NCBI RefSeq assembly: GCF_046036945.1
Contig: NZ_JBJQOQ010000010.1
Coordinates: 1 to 32,000, forward strand
Reading direction: 5' to 3'
DNA: 32,000 nucleotides
Origin: Brevibacillus sp. B_LB10_24
Lineage (GTDB): Bacteria; Bacillota; Bacilli; Brevibacillales; Brevibacillaceae
This document shows positions 22,110-31,095 of the stretch, in pieces. Position numbers and translations under genes: made by a program. The notes beneath the pieces were generated by a model. That model was not told where the DNA came from. It saw only the letters and a list, made by a program, of their open reading frames with translations, and did no database searches. Position 1 is the stretch's first letter. Every line of letters starts with the position of its first letter.

Positions 22110-22238
22110 GACACTCATCCCCTTTTCACCGTCTGCTTATCCAGAAACAAACATCAGGAGGCATCTCGACATGGATAAAATTGTCATCGGCTTGTTGATT
22201 TTCATCTCCAAAATGGTGCAGGCATTCAAAGTGAAATC

Positions 22239-23372
22239 CTAGCGGGCCAGTTCCTTTGGCGACAGCAGCCGCTGGTACAGCGCTTCGTATTGACTCGCGA
22301 TTGTATCGTGGCAAAACGTCACGTTGGAACGCTCGATGCTTGCCTGGGCAAATACCTCGTAGAGCTGATGATCCTGCAGCAATTGCAGCGTCCGCTCGGC
22401 CATTGCAGCCACGTCGCCGATGTCGGTCAAAAAGCCGCAGACTCCGTCTGTCACGACTTCCGGAATGCCCCCGGTCCGCGTCGCGACAACCGGAACGCCG
22501 CAAGCCATCGCCTCCAGCGCGACCAGGCCGAAGCTCTCTTTTTCCGAAGGCAGCAGCATCACATCTGCCAGGGAAATCACTTCCGCTACGTCTTCCTGTT
22601 TTCCCAAAAAACAGACCAGCTGCTTTAGTCCGCGCTCTTCCACCATTTGCCGGATCGCCGCCTGTTCGGGACCTTCGCCGATGAGCAGCAGCCGGGCCGG
22701 AACCTGCTTACGGACCCGATCAAACACCTCAATAACGTCGGAAACCCGTTTTACCGGACGAAAATTGGAAATGTGCATCAGCAGCTTTTCCCCGTTCGGT
22801 GCAAACCGCTGCTTGTGAGAAGCGACGTCCTTGGGGAAGTAGCGTCGCTTGTCTACGAAGTTGTAGACAAGCTCAATCTCCTTCTCTACCTGCAGCAGTT
22901 CCTTCGTCTCCGCGATCAAATCCGCAGATACTGCTGTCACCAGGTCGCTTCTCTCAATCCCAAACCGGATCATTTCCCGCAGGCTGGAATCGTAACCCAG
23001 CACGGTAATGTCCGTGCCGTGCAGAGTCGTGACGATCTTCAGCCAATCTCCCACCATCTGTTTTGCCAAATAGGCGCATAACGCATGAGGGACGGCGTAG
23101 TGGACGTGCAGGATATCCAGCTGCTCGTTGACGGCCACCTGGGCCATGCGGTTGGCCAGCGTCAAATCGTACGGCGGATATTTGAACACGTCGTACTGAT
23201 TGACCTCCACTTCATGGTAAAAAATATTCGGCTGGTAATTGCCCAGGCGAAACGGCATGCCGGACGTGATGAAATGAACGGTATGCCCCCGGTCCGCGAG
23301 CAGCTTTCCCAGTTCGGTAGCGACGACCCCGGATCCGCCCAGCGACGGGTAACAGGTGATCCCGATGTTCAT
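22239..23372 (-). CDS. bshA: N-acetyl-alpha-D-glucosaminyl L-malate synthase (bacillithiol biosynthesis glycosyltransferase)
   Basis: 377 aa. MNIGITCYPSLGGSGVVATELG N-terminus and the GT4 ESFGLVALEAMACGVP motif. Conserved position after bshB1. Confidence 0.9.
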   Translation of the reverse strand: MNIGITCYPSLGGSGVVATELGKLLADRGHTVHFITSGMPFRLGNYQPNIFYHEVEVNQYDVFKYPPYDLTLANRMAQVAVNEQLDILHVHYAVPHALCAYLAKQMVGDWLKIVTTLHGTDITVLGYDSSLREMIRFGIERSDLVTAVSADLIAETKELLQVEKEIELVYNFVDKRRYFPKDVASHKQRFAPNGEKLLMHISNFRPVKRVSDVIEVFDRVRKQVPARLLLIGEGPEQAAIRQMVEERGLKQLVCFLGKQEDVAEVISLADVMLLPSEKESFGLVALEAMACGVPVVATRTGGIPEVVTDGVCGFLTDIGDVAAMAERTLQLLQDHQLYEVFAQASIERSNVTFCHDTIASQYEALYQRLLSPKELAR

Positions 23373-23423
23373 GCGTTAAAAGCGCCTCCCCTGTCTCCTA
23401 TTTGCTTTCTTCTGTTTATTATA

Positions 23424-24119
23424 TTATGCCAGGGACGCCAGTACAGGCGGGTTCGGGCTGACAAATCCCTCGGCGAACAATGTTCCCGCCTGGTAGCCCA
23501 GCTGGCGCTCACGAGCCTCTACTTGCTCCAGATAACCGTTGGTGAGCGGCGTTTCCACGCCATCCTTGCCCCGTTCAAACTGGCTTTGATAACAGCGCAG
23601 CACCGCCAGCTTCTCCTGGTAGACATCGCTTACGTCAACGACAAAACTGGGCACGCTGACATTGTTGATAAAATAGTAGTAGAAATGGGCTGGCCGGTGC
23701 GCTGCCAGCTGTTCGTTTCCCGTATACTTGCGGACCCCTGCGGAAAAGACCGCCTCTTTGACGATGCGGCTGACGCTTTCATGGTCCGGGTGACGATCCT
23801 GCCAGTACGGCGCCAGCACCGTCTTGGGGCGGGTCTGACGGATGATATCGACGACCCGCCGGATCGCCTCTTCGCGAACCGCCTCCAGGCCGCGGTCAGG
23901 CAAGCCGAAATTATAGCGTCCGTGCAGCCCCATCAACCGGGAGGCTGCGGCTGCTTCCTCCTGCCGGGTCTCGACCGTGCCGTTGGAGGAGAGCTCGGCG
24001 TACGTCAAATCCAGGATGCCGACGCGTTTGCCCTGTTTGGCCGCTTTGATCAAGGCGGCCGCAGCTCCGATCTCCACATCGTCAGGATGTGCGCCCACTG
24101 CTAAAATATCCAATTCCAT
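23424..24119 (-). CDS. bshB1: N-acetyl-alpha-D-glucosaminyl L-malate deacetylase (LmbE/PIG-L family)
   Basis: The track ORF extends to 24236, into mgsA. ATG 24117-24119, 2 nt after the mgsA stop, gives MELDILAVGAHPDDVEIG, the canonical LmbE-family start (AHPDD motif). Confidence 0.85.
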   Translation of the reverse strand: MELDILAVGAHPDDVEIGAAAALIKAAKQGKRVGILDLTYAELSSNGTVETRQEEAAAASRLMGLHGRYNFGLPDRGLEAVREEAIRRVVDIIRQTRPKTVLAPYWQDRHPDHESVSRIVKEAVFSAGVRKYTGNEQLAAHRPAHFYYYFINNVSVPSFVVDVSDVYQEKLAVLRCYQSQFERGKDGVETPLTNGYLEQVEARERQLGYQAGTLFAEGFVSPNPPVLASLA

Positions 24120-24121
24120 CC

Positions 24122-24526
24122 TCACCGCTCCTCGTGAACGAGATTGCGCCAAGCCAGTCCTCCGCGCCGCAGTTCTTTCAGCAGCACCTCTGCTGTCCCC
24201 AGGTTGGTGGCCAGAGGGATTTGGTGCACATCGCACAAGCGCAGGAGGGCGATGATGTCGGGCTCATGAGGCTGGGCCGTCAGCGGATCACGCAAAAAGA
24301 TCACCAGGTCCATTTCGTTTTGGGCGATCATGGCGCCGATCTGCTGATCGCCGCCAAGCGGACCTGAAAGAAAGCGCGTGACCTTAAGCTTTGTATTTTC
24401 CATTATTTTCGTTCCGGTCGTGCCGGTCGCGTACAGCTCATGGGCTGCCAAAATCGGTTCGTACGCCACGGCCAACTGGATCATCTCTTCTTTTTTGCGG
24501 TCATGTGCAATTAAAGCAATCTTCAT
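24122..24526 (-). CDS. mgsA: methylglyoxal synthase
   Basis: 134 aa. [21 protein letters not shown] and [10 protein letters not shown] motifs. Confidence 0.95.
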   Translation of the reverse strand: MKIALIAHDRKKEEMIQLAVAYEPILAAHELYATGTTGTKIMENTKLKVTRFLSGPLGGDQQIGAMIAQNEMDLVIFLRDPLTAQPHEPDIIALLRLCDVHQIPLATNLGTAEVLLKELRRGGLAWRNLVHEER

Positions 24527-24544
24527 GGTCTCCCCACCCCGTTT

Positions 24545-25360
24545 TTAATCTAACAGATGTTCCAAACCGTACACCAGCCGATCCAGGTTCATCACGGCCT
24601 TGATCGCCATGTTGACGCCGGGCATAAAGGACTCCCGGTTGATCGAGTCATGGCGGATTGACAGGGTCTGGCCCGTCGCACCAAAGAGCACCTCTTGATG
24701 GGCGACCATGCCCGGCAGGCGCACGCTGTGGATGCGGAAACCGTGATACTCCGCCCCGCGCGCTCCCGGAATCGACTCGTGTTCATTCGGATGGCCCTGG
24801 CTCAGCTCCCTTCGCGCCTCGGCGATCAGCTCTGCCGTCTTGATGGCGGTACCGCTTGGGGCATCCAGCTTTTGATCGTGGTGCAGCTCGATGATTTCAA
24901 CATGCGGCATGTATTTCGCCGCCATAGCGGCAAACTTCATGCAGAGGATCGCGCCAATGGCAAAATTGGGCGCGATGATCGCACCGATCCCCCGTTCACG
25001 GCAGGTCCTTGACAGAAGTTCAATCTGCTCCGGCGAAAGCCCCGTCGTGCCGACAACCGGTCTGACGCCGTGCTGCAGGGCAATCTCCATGTTTTCCCAA
25101 ACCGTTTGAGGTGTGGTAAAATCGACTAAGACATCAGGTTTGTATGTAGTCAAAGCAGATTCCAACGAACGGACGAACGGCACACCAAGCGGTTTGCCGC
25201 CGACGATTTCCCCGACATCTACTCCGTCCAGTTTGGAATCAATTGCTGCGACGAATGACAGCTCGCTGTCGCTTCCCAGCATTTTTACCACTTCTTGACC
25301 CATTCTGCCTTTCGCCCCGGCGACGGCTACCTTAATCGTTTGTTTTGGTTCCATGTTCAT
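24545..25360 (-). CDS. dapB: 4-hydroxy-tetrahydrodipicolinate reductase
   Basis: 271 aa. GAKGRMG nucleotide-binding motif and ELHHDQKLDAPSGTA. The start directly abuts the ypjD stop. Confidence 0.95.
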   Translation of the reverse strand: MNMEPKQTIKVAVAGAKGRMGQEVVKMLGSDSELSFVAAIDSKLDGVDVGEIVGGKPLGVPFVRSLESALTTYKPDVLVDFTTPQTVWENMEIALQHGVRPVVGTTGLSPEQIELLSRTCRERGIGAIIAPNFAIGAILCMKFAAMAAKYMPHVEIIELHHDQKLDAPSGTAIKTAELIAEARRELSQGHPNEHESIPGARGAEYHGFRIHSVRLPGMVAHQEVLFGATGQTLSIRHDSINRESFMPGVNMAIKAVMNLDRLVYGLEHLLD

Positions 25361-25693
25361 CTACTCCTCTATCCTTGTCCAGCGATCTTTATCTCTTGTG
25401 TAGAATTTGTGCATAATGCGATCAAAGGCCTCTTCCAGGCTGATTCCCAGAGAATTGGCGAAGCAGAGAACGATGAAGAATACATCACCCAGCTCTTCTT
25501 CGATCGTCTTTTCGCCTTCCTCTTGTTTTTTCGGTTTTTCACCGTAGTAGTGGTTGATTTCTCTCGCCAGCTCCCCGACTTCCTCGGTCATCCGGGCCAT
25601 CATCGACAGCGGCGAAAAGTAGCCCTCTTTAAATTGCGAAATGTAATCATCCACTTCCTGTTGGATCTGCTGCAGCGTTTTTCTCTGTTCCAT
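25361..25693 (-). CDS. ypjD: MazG-like nucleotide pyrophosphohydrolase (YpjD family)
   Basis: 110 aa. Contains the EEVGELAREI...EELGDVFF pair of EExxE/D motifs typical of the small MazG fold. Conserved position upstream of dapB. Confidence 0.85.
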   Translation of the reverse strand: MEQRKTLQQIQQEVDDYISQFKEGYFSPLSMMARMTEEVGELAREINHYYGEKPKKQEEGEKTIEEELGDVFFIVLCFANSLGISLEEAFDRIMHKFYTRDKDRWTRIEE

Positions 25694-25782
25694 CTTGGCA
25701 CCGACTCACCCTTCTTACCAGTATCGTAACGGAATTAAGCTCATTTTGCCAAATTCTTTCACGCATTTAGTGTATCATACAT

Positions 25783-25811
25783 TGGACAAGGCAAAAAAGC
25801 TTCATTATAAT
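25783..25811 (+). promoter_or_regulatory. candidate sigma-A promoter of ypjC
   Basis: TGGACA (25783-25788), a 17-nt spacer, then a perfect TATAAT (25806-25811). It lies 35 nt upstream of the ATG. AAGGAG is 10 nt upstream of the ATG. Confidence 0.6.
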
Positions 25812-25845
25812 GGCGAGGTAGTCATATGCAAGGAGCGACGCAATC

Positions 25846-26706
25846 ATGAATGTCAAGGTAAAAAGTATCATTGCCATCGTTGTGGGCACGGCTATTATGG
25901 GATTCGGCATCAACGCCTTCAACATCCCCAACCATCTTGCTGAAGGCGGCATTACCGGGATCAGCATCATCATCAAACTCCTGATCCCCCAGTTTGATCA
26001 GGGGATCGTTTACTTCGCACTGAATATTCCGCTCTTTTTCATCGGCTGGAAGGTGCTGGGGCGAACCGCTTTTCTCTACACCATGATCGGAACCGTCTCA
26101 TTGTCTCTCTTTCTCTCGCTGTTCGCTGCCGTGCTCCACTATCACGCCCTCTCCGATACCCTGCTCGGGGCACTCTATGCCGGGGTGACGGTGGGTGCCG
26201 GTCTGGGGATCATCTTCCGGTACGGCGGGACTACCGGAGGGGTTGACATCATCGCCCGAATGCTCAACCGATACTACGGAATCAGCATCGGCCGCACTCT
26301 GTTTTTAGGCGACATGCTGGTCATCGCCGCCTCCCTGGTCTACCTCAGCGTCGAGAGCGCGATGTACACGCTCGTAGCCGTGTTTATCGCGGCGCGGGTC
26401 GTCGACTTCTTCCAGGACGGCCTGACCTCCGGCAAAGCGCTGACGATCATCTCGGAATACCCGCGAACGATCGCCCAGCAGATCCTGTCACTCGGCCGCG
26501 GCGTGACGATCCTCACGGGAAAAGGAGCGTATTCCGGCACGGAAAAAGAAGTCGTCTACTGTGTGGTTGGACGAAATGAAGTCGTGCAAATTAAAAACAT
26601 CATTAAAGAAGCAGACCCGCACGCCTTCGTCATCGTCAGCGACGTTCACGAGGTGCTGGGTGAAGGATTCACGCTTGACGAGAACAAACAGCCGCTCCGT
26701 GATTAG
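25846..26706 (+). CDS. ypjC: YitT-family membrane protein (DUF2179-containing)
   Basis: 286 aa. Multi-pass N-terminal part with paired GGTTGG-type motifs (AEGGITGISII, YGGTTGGVDII) and a soluble C-terminal domain. Same position and opposite orientation as B. subtilis ypjC. Confidence 0.8.
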   Translation: MNVKVKSIIAIVVGTAIMGFGINAFNIPNHLAEGGITGISIIIKLLIPQFDQGIVYFALNIPLFFIGWKVLGRTAFLYTMIGTVSLSLFLSLFAAVLHYHALSDTLLGALYAGVTVGAGLGIIFRYGGTTGGVDIIARMLNRYYGISIGRTLFLGDMLVIAASLVYLSVESAMYTLVAVFIAARVVDFFQDGLTSGKALTIISEYPRTIAQQILSLGRGVTILTGKGAYSGTEKEVVYCVVGRNEVVQIKNIIKEADPHAFVIVSDVHEVLGEGFTLDENKQPLRD

Positions 26707-26724
26707 AACCGTACATACACGGCG

Positions 26725-26757
26725 AGACCCTGCCTCGATAATAGGCAGGGTCTTTTC
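26725..26757 (+). terminator. Rho-independent terminator of ypjC
   Basis: Perfect 11-bp stem AGACCCTGCCT/AGGCAGGGTCT (26725-26735/26743-26753) with a 7-nt loop, then TTTTCTC. It abuts the stop of convergent ypjB. Confidence 0.8.
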
Positions 26758-27579
26758 TCATGAAACGAATCGCTCTTGCTCAGCGAGGTACTTTCTCCAG
26801 GCGACATAACCTAATGTTATGGTAAGTACTCCAGCGACGGCGAGGATCAGAAGCAGTGGGGAGTTCGGCGACGAAAAGCGCGCCAGCGCGCTTCTATCCT
26901 CGCCAAAAAACGCCTCCTGCATCGAGCTGTTCAGCTCGCGCAGCGCATCCCGGGCAATTTGCCAGTCAGGCGTCGCGTTCCGAATCTCCCGGGTCAGAAG
27001 CTCATAGGAGTTATCTATCTTTTCCATCAGCGATTCCTTCAATTGCACGCTCATAGCCGGCCGGATCACCAAAAAGAGGCGTTTATACTCCTCAAACTGC
27101 TGTCGAAAAGATTCTATGTCCCGTTCTACGGACGATTGCATCAGGTGCTGCATCTGCGCTGCATAGGAATCAAAGTATGTTCGCCACATCGGTTGACTGG
27201 CATGGCGGAGCGCATCGATGGTAACCCGCACCCGGGTAGCGTGCCAGATCAACACCTCCTCACTTGGCTTCGGCGAAGCGAACTCCTTTTTCGCAGCCAA
27301 TATCGATTGCGTCACCGCGTTTAAGCTTTCAATCCGGATCGCAAGCGGCATCGCCTTGCTGGGAAACATCTCTGCCAGTCGAATCACCCGCAAGCGGGCG
27401 TTATCCAAATCCCCTTTCATCGTGAGCGAAAGGAATTCCTGTGCCGTGCGGTCCAGTTGGGTGAGGTTGGCTTCTTCTGTCGGCTTCTCCAGCTTTGCGA
27501 AAAAGTAACTGATCGGCCAGGCAAGCAAAAATCCTGCCAAACACAATAAAATCAGGATTTTCGTACTCTTCTTTCGCAA
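26758..27579 (-). CDS. ypjB: sporulation protein YpjB-like (N- and C-terminal membrane anchors)
   Basis: 273 aa with a TTG start 7 nt after AAAGGAGG. N-terminal signal/TM and a C-terminal TM (LLLILAVAGVLTITLGYVAW). Size and position between ypjA and ypjC match B. subtilis ypjB. Confidence 0.7.
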   Translation of the reverse strand: MRKKSTKILILLCLAGFLLAWPISYFFAKLEKPTEEANLTQLDRTAQEFLSLTMKGDLDNARLRVIRLAEMFPSKAMPLAIRIESLNAVTQSILAAKKEFASPKPSEEVLIWHATRVRVTIDALRHASQPMWRTYFDSYAAQMQHLMQSSVERDIESFRQQFEEYKRLFLVIRPAMSVQLKESLMEKIDNSYELLTREIRNATPDWQIARDALRELNSSMQEAFFGEDRSALARFSSPNSPLLLILAVAGVLTITLGYVAWRKYLAEQERFVS

Positions 27580-27621
27580 AAAAAAACCTCCTTTCCCATA
27601 GTACAGACTATGGAGAGGAGG
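27577..27621 (-). terminator. Rho-independent terminator after ypjA; its 3' arm is the ypjB Shine-Dalgarno
   Basis: Arms at 27608-27621 and 27587-27601 give 13 bp with one mismatch, one bulge and a 6-nt loop. The hairpin is followed by U9 (27586-27578), whose last two U plus G form the TTG start of ypjB. Confidence 0.7.
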
Positions 27622-27627
27622 ACAAGA

Positions 27628-28227
27628 TTAGACCTCGATTCTAGGCTGTTTCGCATTCAGATACCATATCAACGTAATCGAGATAAAGCTGAGCAGTACG
27701 GTGAACAGACCAATTATTCCCGTGTACGGCACAAGTACGTCAGGGAGCCATGGGTGGGTGTTCATCAGATAATCTATAAAGTCATTATTTAATGTCCACA
27801 ACGCAGCGAATCCGACCGGCAGCCAGCTCAATTTATAAAATCGGGCATACAGCGCTGACTCAACAGCCATTCCGGTGTGGGAGACAAGCAGCATGATATC
27901 CTGCCAGTGAACTTGATTTCCCAAGCACCAACCGGCAATGATGATGCTGACGGCCCACACGCCATACTTAAAATTCGTAATACCCGCCAACGCTTCCAGG
28001 ATTGGAATGTGCCGTCCCAGCAAATACGTCAGCAGAACCAGCGTAAAGAGACCGCTCCCCGTCGGACTGTCCGGAACGAATATTCGCAAAAAGGGCTTTG
28101 TATCCGCCAATTGGTCACCATACCAGATAAAACCGTAGATCGTTCCCAACAGGTTGATTACAAATAGCATCCAGAGAAACCATCTCTTTGCCAATATCCC
28201 CAAAAACCACTCCCACATCCACTTCAC
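27628..28227 (-). CDS. ypjA: DUF1405-family integral membrane protein
   Basis: 199 aa, W/F-rich multi-pass membrane protein. GAGGTG is 6 nt upstream of the ATG. Conserved position after qcrC. Confidence 0.8.
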   Translation of the reverse strand: MKWMWEWFLGILAKRWFLWMLFVINLLGTIYGFIWYGDQLADTKPFLRIFVPDSPTGSGLFTLVLLTYLLGRHIPILEALAGITNFKYGVWAVSIIIAGWCLGNQVHWQDIMLLVSHTGMAVESALYARFYKLSWLPVGFAALWTLNNDFIDYLMNTHPWLPDVLVPYTGIIGLFTVLLSFISITLIWYLNAKQPRIEV

Positions 28228-28307
28228 CTCAATTGTCTCTCAGACATGATCCATTATGCCGTCTACTTGTCAAGACCGTTGCCGTAATCAGGTACAGCTT
28301 ATGAAAG

Positions 28308-28333
28308 TGAAAAGCTGACCGAGGTGTCAGCCA
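28308..28333 (-). terminator. weak hairpin terminator after qcrC
   Basis: GCTGAC/GTCAGC 6-bp stem (28314-28319/28326-28331). It is followed by UUUU on the minus strand. The plus side also has a T run. Confidence 0.5.
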
Positions 28334-28352
28334 GCTTTTTCATTGTACGAGC

Positions 28353-29147
28353 TTATTTTAGACTTGCCAGGTACTCAGCAAGTTTTGTCAGTTCTTCATC
28401 ACTGCCCTTGAACATGCCAGGCGGCATTTTTCCGTCTTTGCCGTTCTTGATGATGTCAGCAATCTGATCAGCATTCAGCTCAGCGCCAACCTTTTGCAGA
28501 TTAGGCGCAGCTGCACTGCCTTCCATATTGACACCGTGGCAGTTTTGGCAGTTTTGCTGTGCAGCCCACAGCTCTCCAGCCTTGAAGTTGGGATCTGCAG
28601 CAGCCGCCGGAGGAGCGCCTGCTCCGCCGCCTCCGCCTCCACCGTTCGACGCAAGGCTCTTCTCATGCTCTTCGTTTGCAGCCCAGGTCAGGTAGAATAC
28701 CCCGACGAGAGTAACCAGCATGATCCAGGTAGCGACCGGGCGGCGGAACGCGCGGCGCTCTTTTCCTCTGTCAAGCCAAGGAGCCAAAATCAAGGCGCCA
28801 AAGGCGAGACCCGGAATAATCACCGTTCCGAGGACGACCCAAGTACCAGCTGCCCAAGGGTATTTCAGCATTTGATAAAGGAACAGGAAGTACCAGTCAG
28901 GCACCGGAATGAAGGAAGTGTTGTTCGGGTTTGCTTTCCCTGTAAGCTCCGGTGCTGCCGATACAGTAAGTACGAGAAATCCAAGTAAACAGACGGCTGC
29001 CACCATCCACTCCTTGAGCAGAAAGTTCGGCCAAAACGGCTCCGACTTTCCCGGGTACTCAGAGTAAGATGGAGCAATATTTGGGATGCGCTTCGCCCGG
29101 ATCCGCGAATCTCCGACGAAGGTAGCATCTTTGTCATGTTTTGCCAT
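28353..29147 (-). CDS. qcrC: menaquinol-cytochrome c reductase cytochrome b/c subunit
   Basis: 264 aa. N-terminal subunit-IV-like TM region, a Gly/Ala/Pro linker, and a C-terminal c-type haem domain with CQNCH. Confidence 0.95.
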   Translation of the reverse strand: MAKHDKDATFVGDSRIRAKRIPNIAPSYSEYPGKSEPFWPNFLLKEWMVAAVCLLGFLVLTVSAAPELTGKANPNNTSFIPVPDWYFLFLYQMLKYPWAAGTWVVLGTVIIPGLAFGALILAPWLDRGKERRAFRRPVATWIMLVTLVGVFYLTWAANEEHEKSLASNGGGGGGGAGAPPAAAADPNFKAGELWAAQQNCQNCHGVNMEGSAAAPNLQKVGAELNADQIADIIKNGKDGKMPPGMFKGSDEELTKLAEYLASLK

Positions 29148-29174
29148 GCTATTTCCTCCTTATTGTCGAAGACA

Positions 29175-29846
29175 TCATAGTGGACCGGAGATACCCTGCG
29201 CACGAATCATGATGAAGTGTCCGCCGAGCAAGGCCAACAGCGCAGCCGGCAGGAAGAAGACGTGAATCGCAAAGAAACGTGCAAGCGTTTGCGCCCCTAC
29301 GATCGATCCGCCTTGCAGCAGCGTCTTGGCGTAAGGCCCGATGATCGGTACCGTGTCCGCGATCTGCATCCCTACCTTGGTAGCGAAGTACGCTTTGTTA
29401 TCCCAAGGGAGCAGGTAACCGGTGAAGCCCAAACCGAGCATGACGAAGAAGATCAGCATGCCGACTACCCAGTTCATTTCACGCGGCTTCTTGTAAGAAC
29501 CGGTGAAAAATACGCGGAGCGTGTGCAAAAACATCATCACGATGACGAGGCTGGCACCCCAGTGGTGCATCCCGCGTACGATTGTTCCGAATGCTACCTG
29601 GTTTTGCAGGTAGTTGACAGACTCATATGCGTTGATGATGTCCGGAACGTAGTACATCGTCAAGAACATTCCAGACAGAATTTGAATAACAGTAATAAAA
29701 AACGTAAGTCCACCAAAACAATAGACAAACGCAGAAAAATGGTGAGCCGGGTTTACGTGCTCAGGCACCTCGTGATCGGCCAGATCCCGCCACATCGGAG
29801 TGATATTGAGACGTTCGTCTACCCAGTCATACATTTTTTGTATCAT
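29175..29846 (-). CDS. qcrB: menaquinol-cytochrome c reductase cytochrome b subunit (b6-type)
   Basis: 223 aa. Motifs FGGLTFF, MHHWGASL and FFAIHVFFLP. Confidence 0.95.
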   Translation of the reverse strand: MIQKMYDWVDERLNITPMWRDLADHEVPEHVNPAHHFSAFVYCFGGLTFFITVIQILSGMFLTMYYVPDIINAYESVNYLQNQVAFGTIVRGMHHWGASLVIVMMFLHTLRVFFTGSYKKPREMNWVVGMLIFFVMLGLGFTGYLLPWDNKAYFATKVGMQIADTVPIIGPYAKTLLQGGSIVGAQTLARFFAIHVFFLPAALLALLGGHFIMIRAQGISGPL

Positions 29847-29847
29847 C

Positions 29848-30366
29848 TTAGCCGCTCACCCCCGGTCGAGGATTTGGTATGATTTGACCTAAGTACAGTT
29901 TTCCGTCTTTAACCTCTGTCTCATACTCGTCAAGCGATGCCATCGGCGGTGTCCCGAGGATGTGCTCCCCCTTGGCCGTGTAGCGCCCGAAGTGACATGG
30001 GCAGAAGTACTCATTGGGAAAGTCCGGGCTCCCATTCCAGTTGACGGTACAGCCCAAGTGCTTGCATATCGGCGACAGGGCCAAAATCTCTCCATTTGCG
30101 TCCTTTGTCACCCACGCAGTCAAAGTAGATTCCGTTTCGTACCAGCCGTCTTTTGTATGCACCTTGAATGAAACGCTTTTTGGCTCAGGCCCAAACTCAT
30201 CTACGCTTCCTACCGCTACTTTATCTCCTCCACCAGCCGCTTTCAGCACCGGGTCAATCGCAAACCGGATCATTGGTGTGATCATACCTGCAGCTAGGAA
30301 ACCGCCAGTGCCCATCAGAGCATAGTTCAAGAACGTACGTCTGGAAATTTCCTGTTTTTCGCTCAT
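29848..30366 (-). CDS. qcrA: menaquinol-cytochrome c reductase Rieske iron-sulfur subunit
   Basis: 172 aa. Tat-like N-terminus (SRRTFLNYA). Rieske boxes CKHLGC and CPCHFG. AAGGAGGG RBS. Confidence 0.95.
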   Translation of the reverse strand: MSEKQEISRRTFLNYALMGTGGFLAAGMITPMIRFAIDPVLKAAGGGDKVAVGSVDEFGPEPKSVSFKVHTKDGWYETESTLTAWVTKDANGEILALSPICKHLGCTVNWNGSPDFPNEYFCPCHFGRYTAKGEHILGTPPMASLDEYETEVKDGKLYLGQIIPNPRPGVSG

Positions 30367-30440
30367 CCTTTTCCCTCCTTATCCTGTAGAATTACGCAAC
30401 GAATGTTCCTACATACATATACATAGACTAGGTCAAACCA

Positions 30441-30469
30441 ATAATAGCTAACCACTTTTTAGATGTCAA
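30441..30469 (-). promoter_or_regulatory. candidate sigma-A promoter of qcrABC
   Basis: Minus strand reads TTGACA (30469-30464), a 17-nt spacer, then TATTAT (30446-30441). A second TTGACT lies 18 nt further upstream. Confidence 0.6.
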
Positions 30470-30611
30470 GAATGTCCATTGGTAAGTCAAGGGCTTAAAG
30501 GGAAGCGAAAATGAGATTGTTGAGATTTTGTCAAAAATACACGTTTCCAGCATGTCTGTAGTATAACCAACGACAGGAACCTCTATCGCTTTTTTGACGG
30601 AGAGGATTTTT

Positions 30612-31031
30612 CTATTTACCCTGCCAGGAATTTACAATCTCTTGATGCAGCACGTCAACTGTGATGTCAAATCGGAGTTCGGAATCAAGTTCCTCCGTTC
30701 CGATTTGGAACGTTCTCGCTTTCTGTCCCGCGGAATCATCAGCAAGCTCCAGCTCATGACCTGAAAAGCGCAGCAAAAAGACGTAAGGAAATTCCGGCGG
30801 CAAAGCTGTCCAAGCCTTTTCCCGGCCGATTTGGTACGACAGCGGAAACAGCAATACCCGGCCTCGCAGCCGCTGTTCCACTGCGATCGCCAACCGCGAC
30901 AGGTACGACATGCGTCTTACGTGTTCAGGAAGCGATACACCCTCCCCGTACAAATAAACAGGGAGCAGTGCAGTGTCCACATATGGCTGCAACTCCTCCC
31001 AATTATGTAATTCTTCCGTTGACCACTGCAT
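30612..31031 (-). CDS. ypiF: YpiF-like protein (DUF2487)
   Basis: 139 aa. MQWSTEELHNWEELQPYVDTALLPVYLY resembles the B. subtilis YpiF N-terminus as I recall it. Conserved position upstream of qcrA. Confidence 0.75.
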   Translation of the reverse strand: MQWSTEELHNWEELQPYVDTALLPVYLYGEGVSLPEHVRRMSYLSRLAIAVEQRLRGRVLLFPLSYQIGREKAWTALPPEFPYVFLLRFSGHELELADDSAGQKARTFQIGTEELDSELRFDITVDVLHQEIVNSWQGK

Positions 31032-31095
31032 GTAAAACCGGCTCCTTCCCAGGGAATCTGTCGTTTAGCTTACCACGATTACCCCGGTCTGACAA

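Noticed and set aside
23085-24104. 339-aa plus-strand ORF antisense to bshA/bshB1.
   Set aside because: This is the same kind of antisense shadow ORF seen in GC-rich coding DNA. The bshA and bshB1 translations carry clear family motifs; this one carries none.
24120-24236. 39-codon N-terminal extension of bshB1 in the ORF track. There is also a 7-codon extension of EIIB at 4097-4117.
   Set aside because: The extensions overlap the upstream gene (mgsA) or precede the RBS. The internal starts reproduce the conserved family N-termini (MELDILAVGAHPDD and MRVVTVCGMG).
28596-28645. Repetitive GCC/TCC/GCC triplets (CCGCCGCCTCCGCCTCCACCG).
   Set aside because: This encodes the Gly/Ala/Pro linker (GGGGGGGAGAPPAAAA) between the membrane and cytochrome c domains of QcrC. 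It is in frame and is not a CRISPR or tandem-repeat element.
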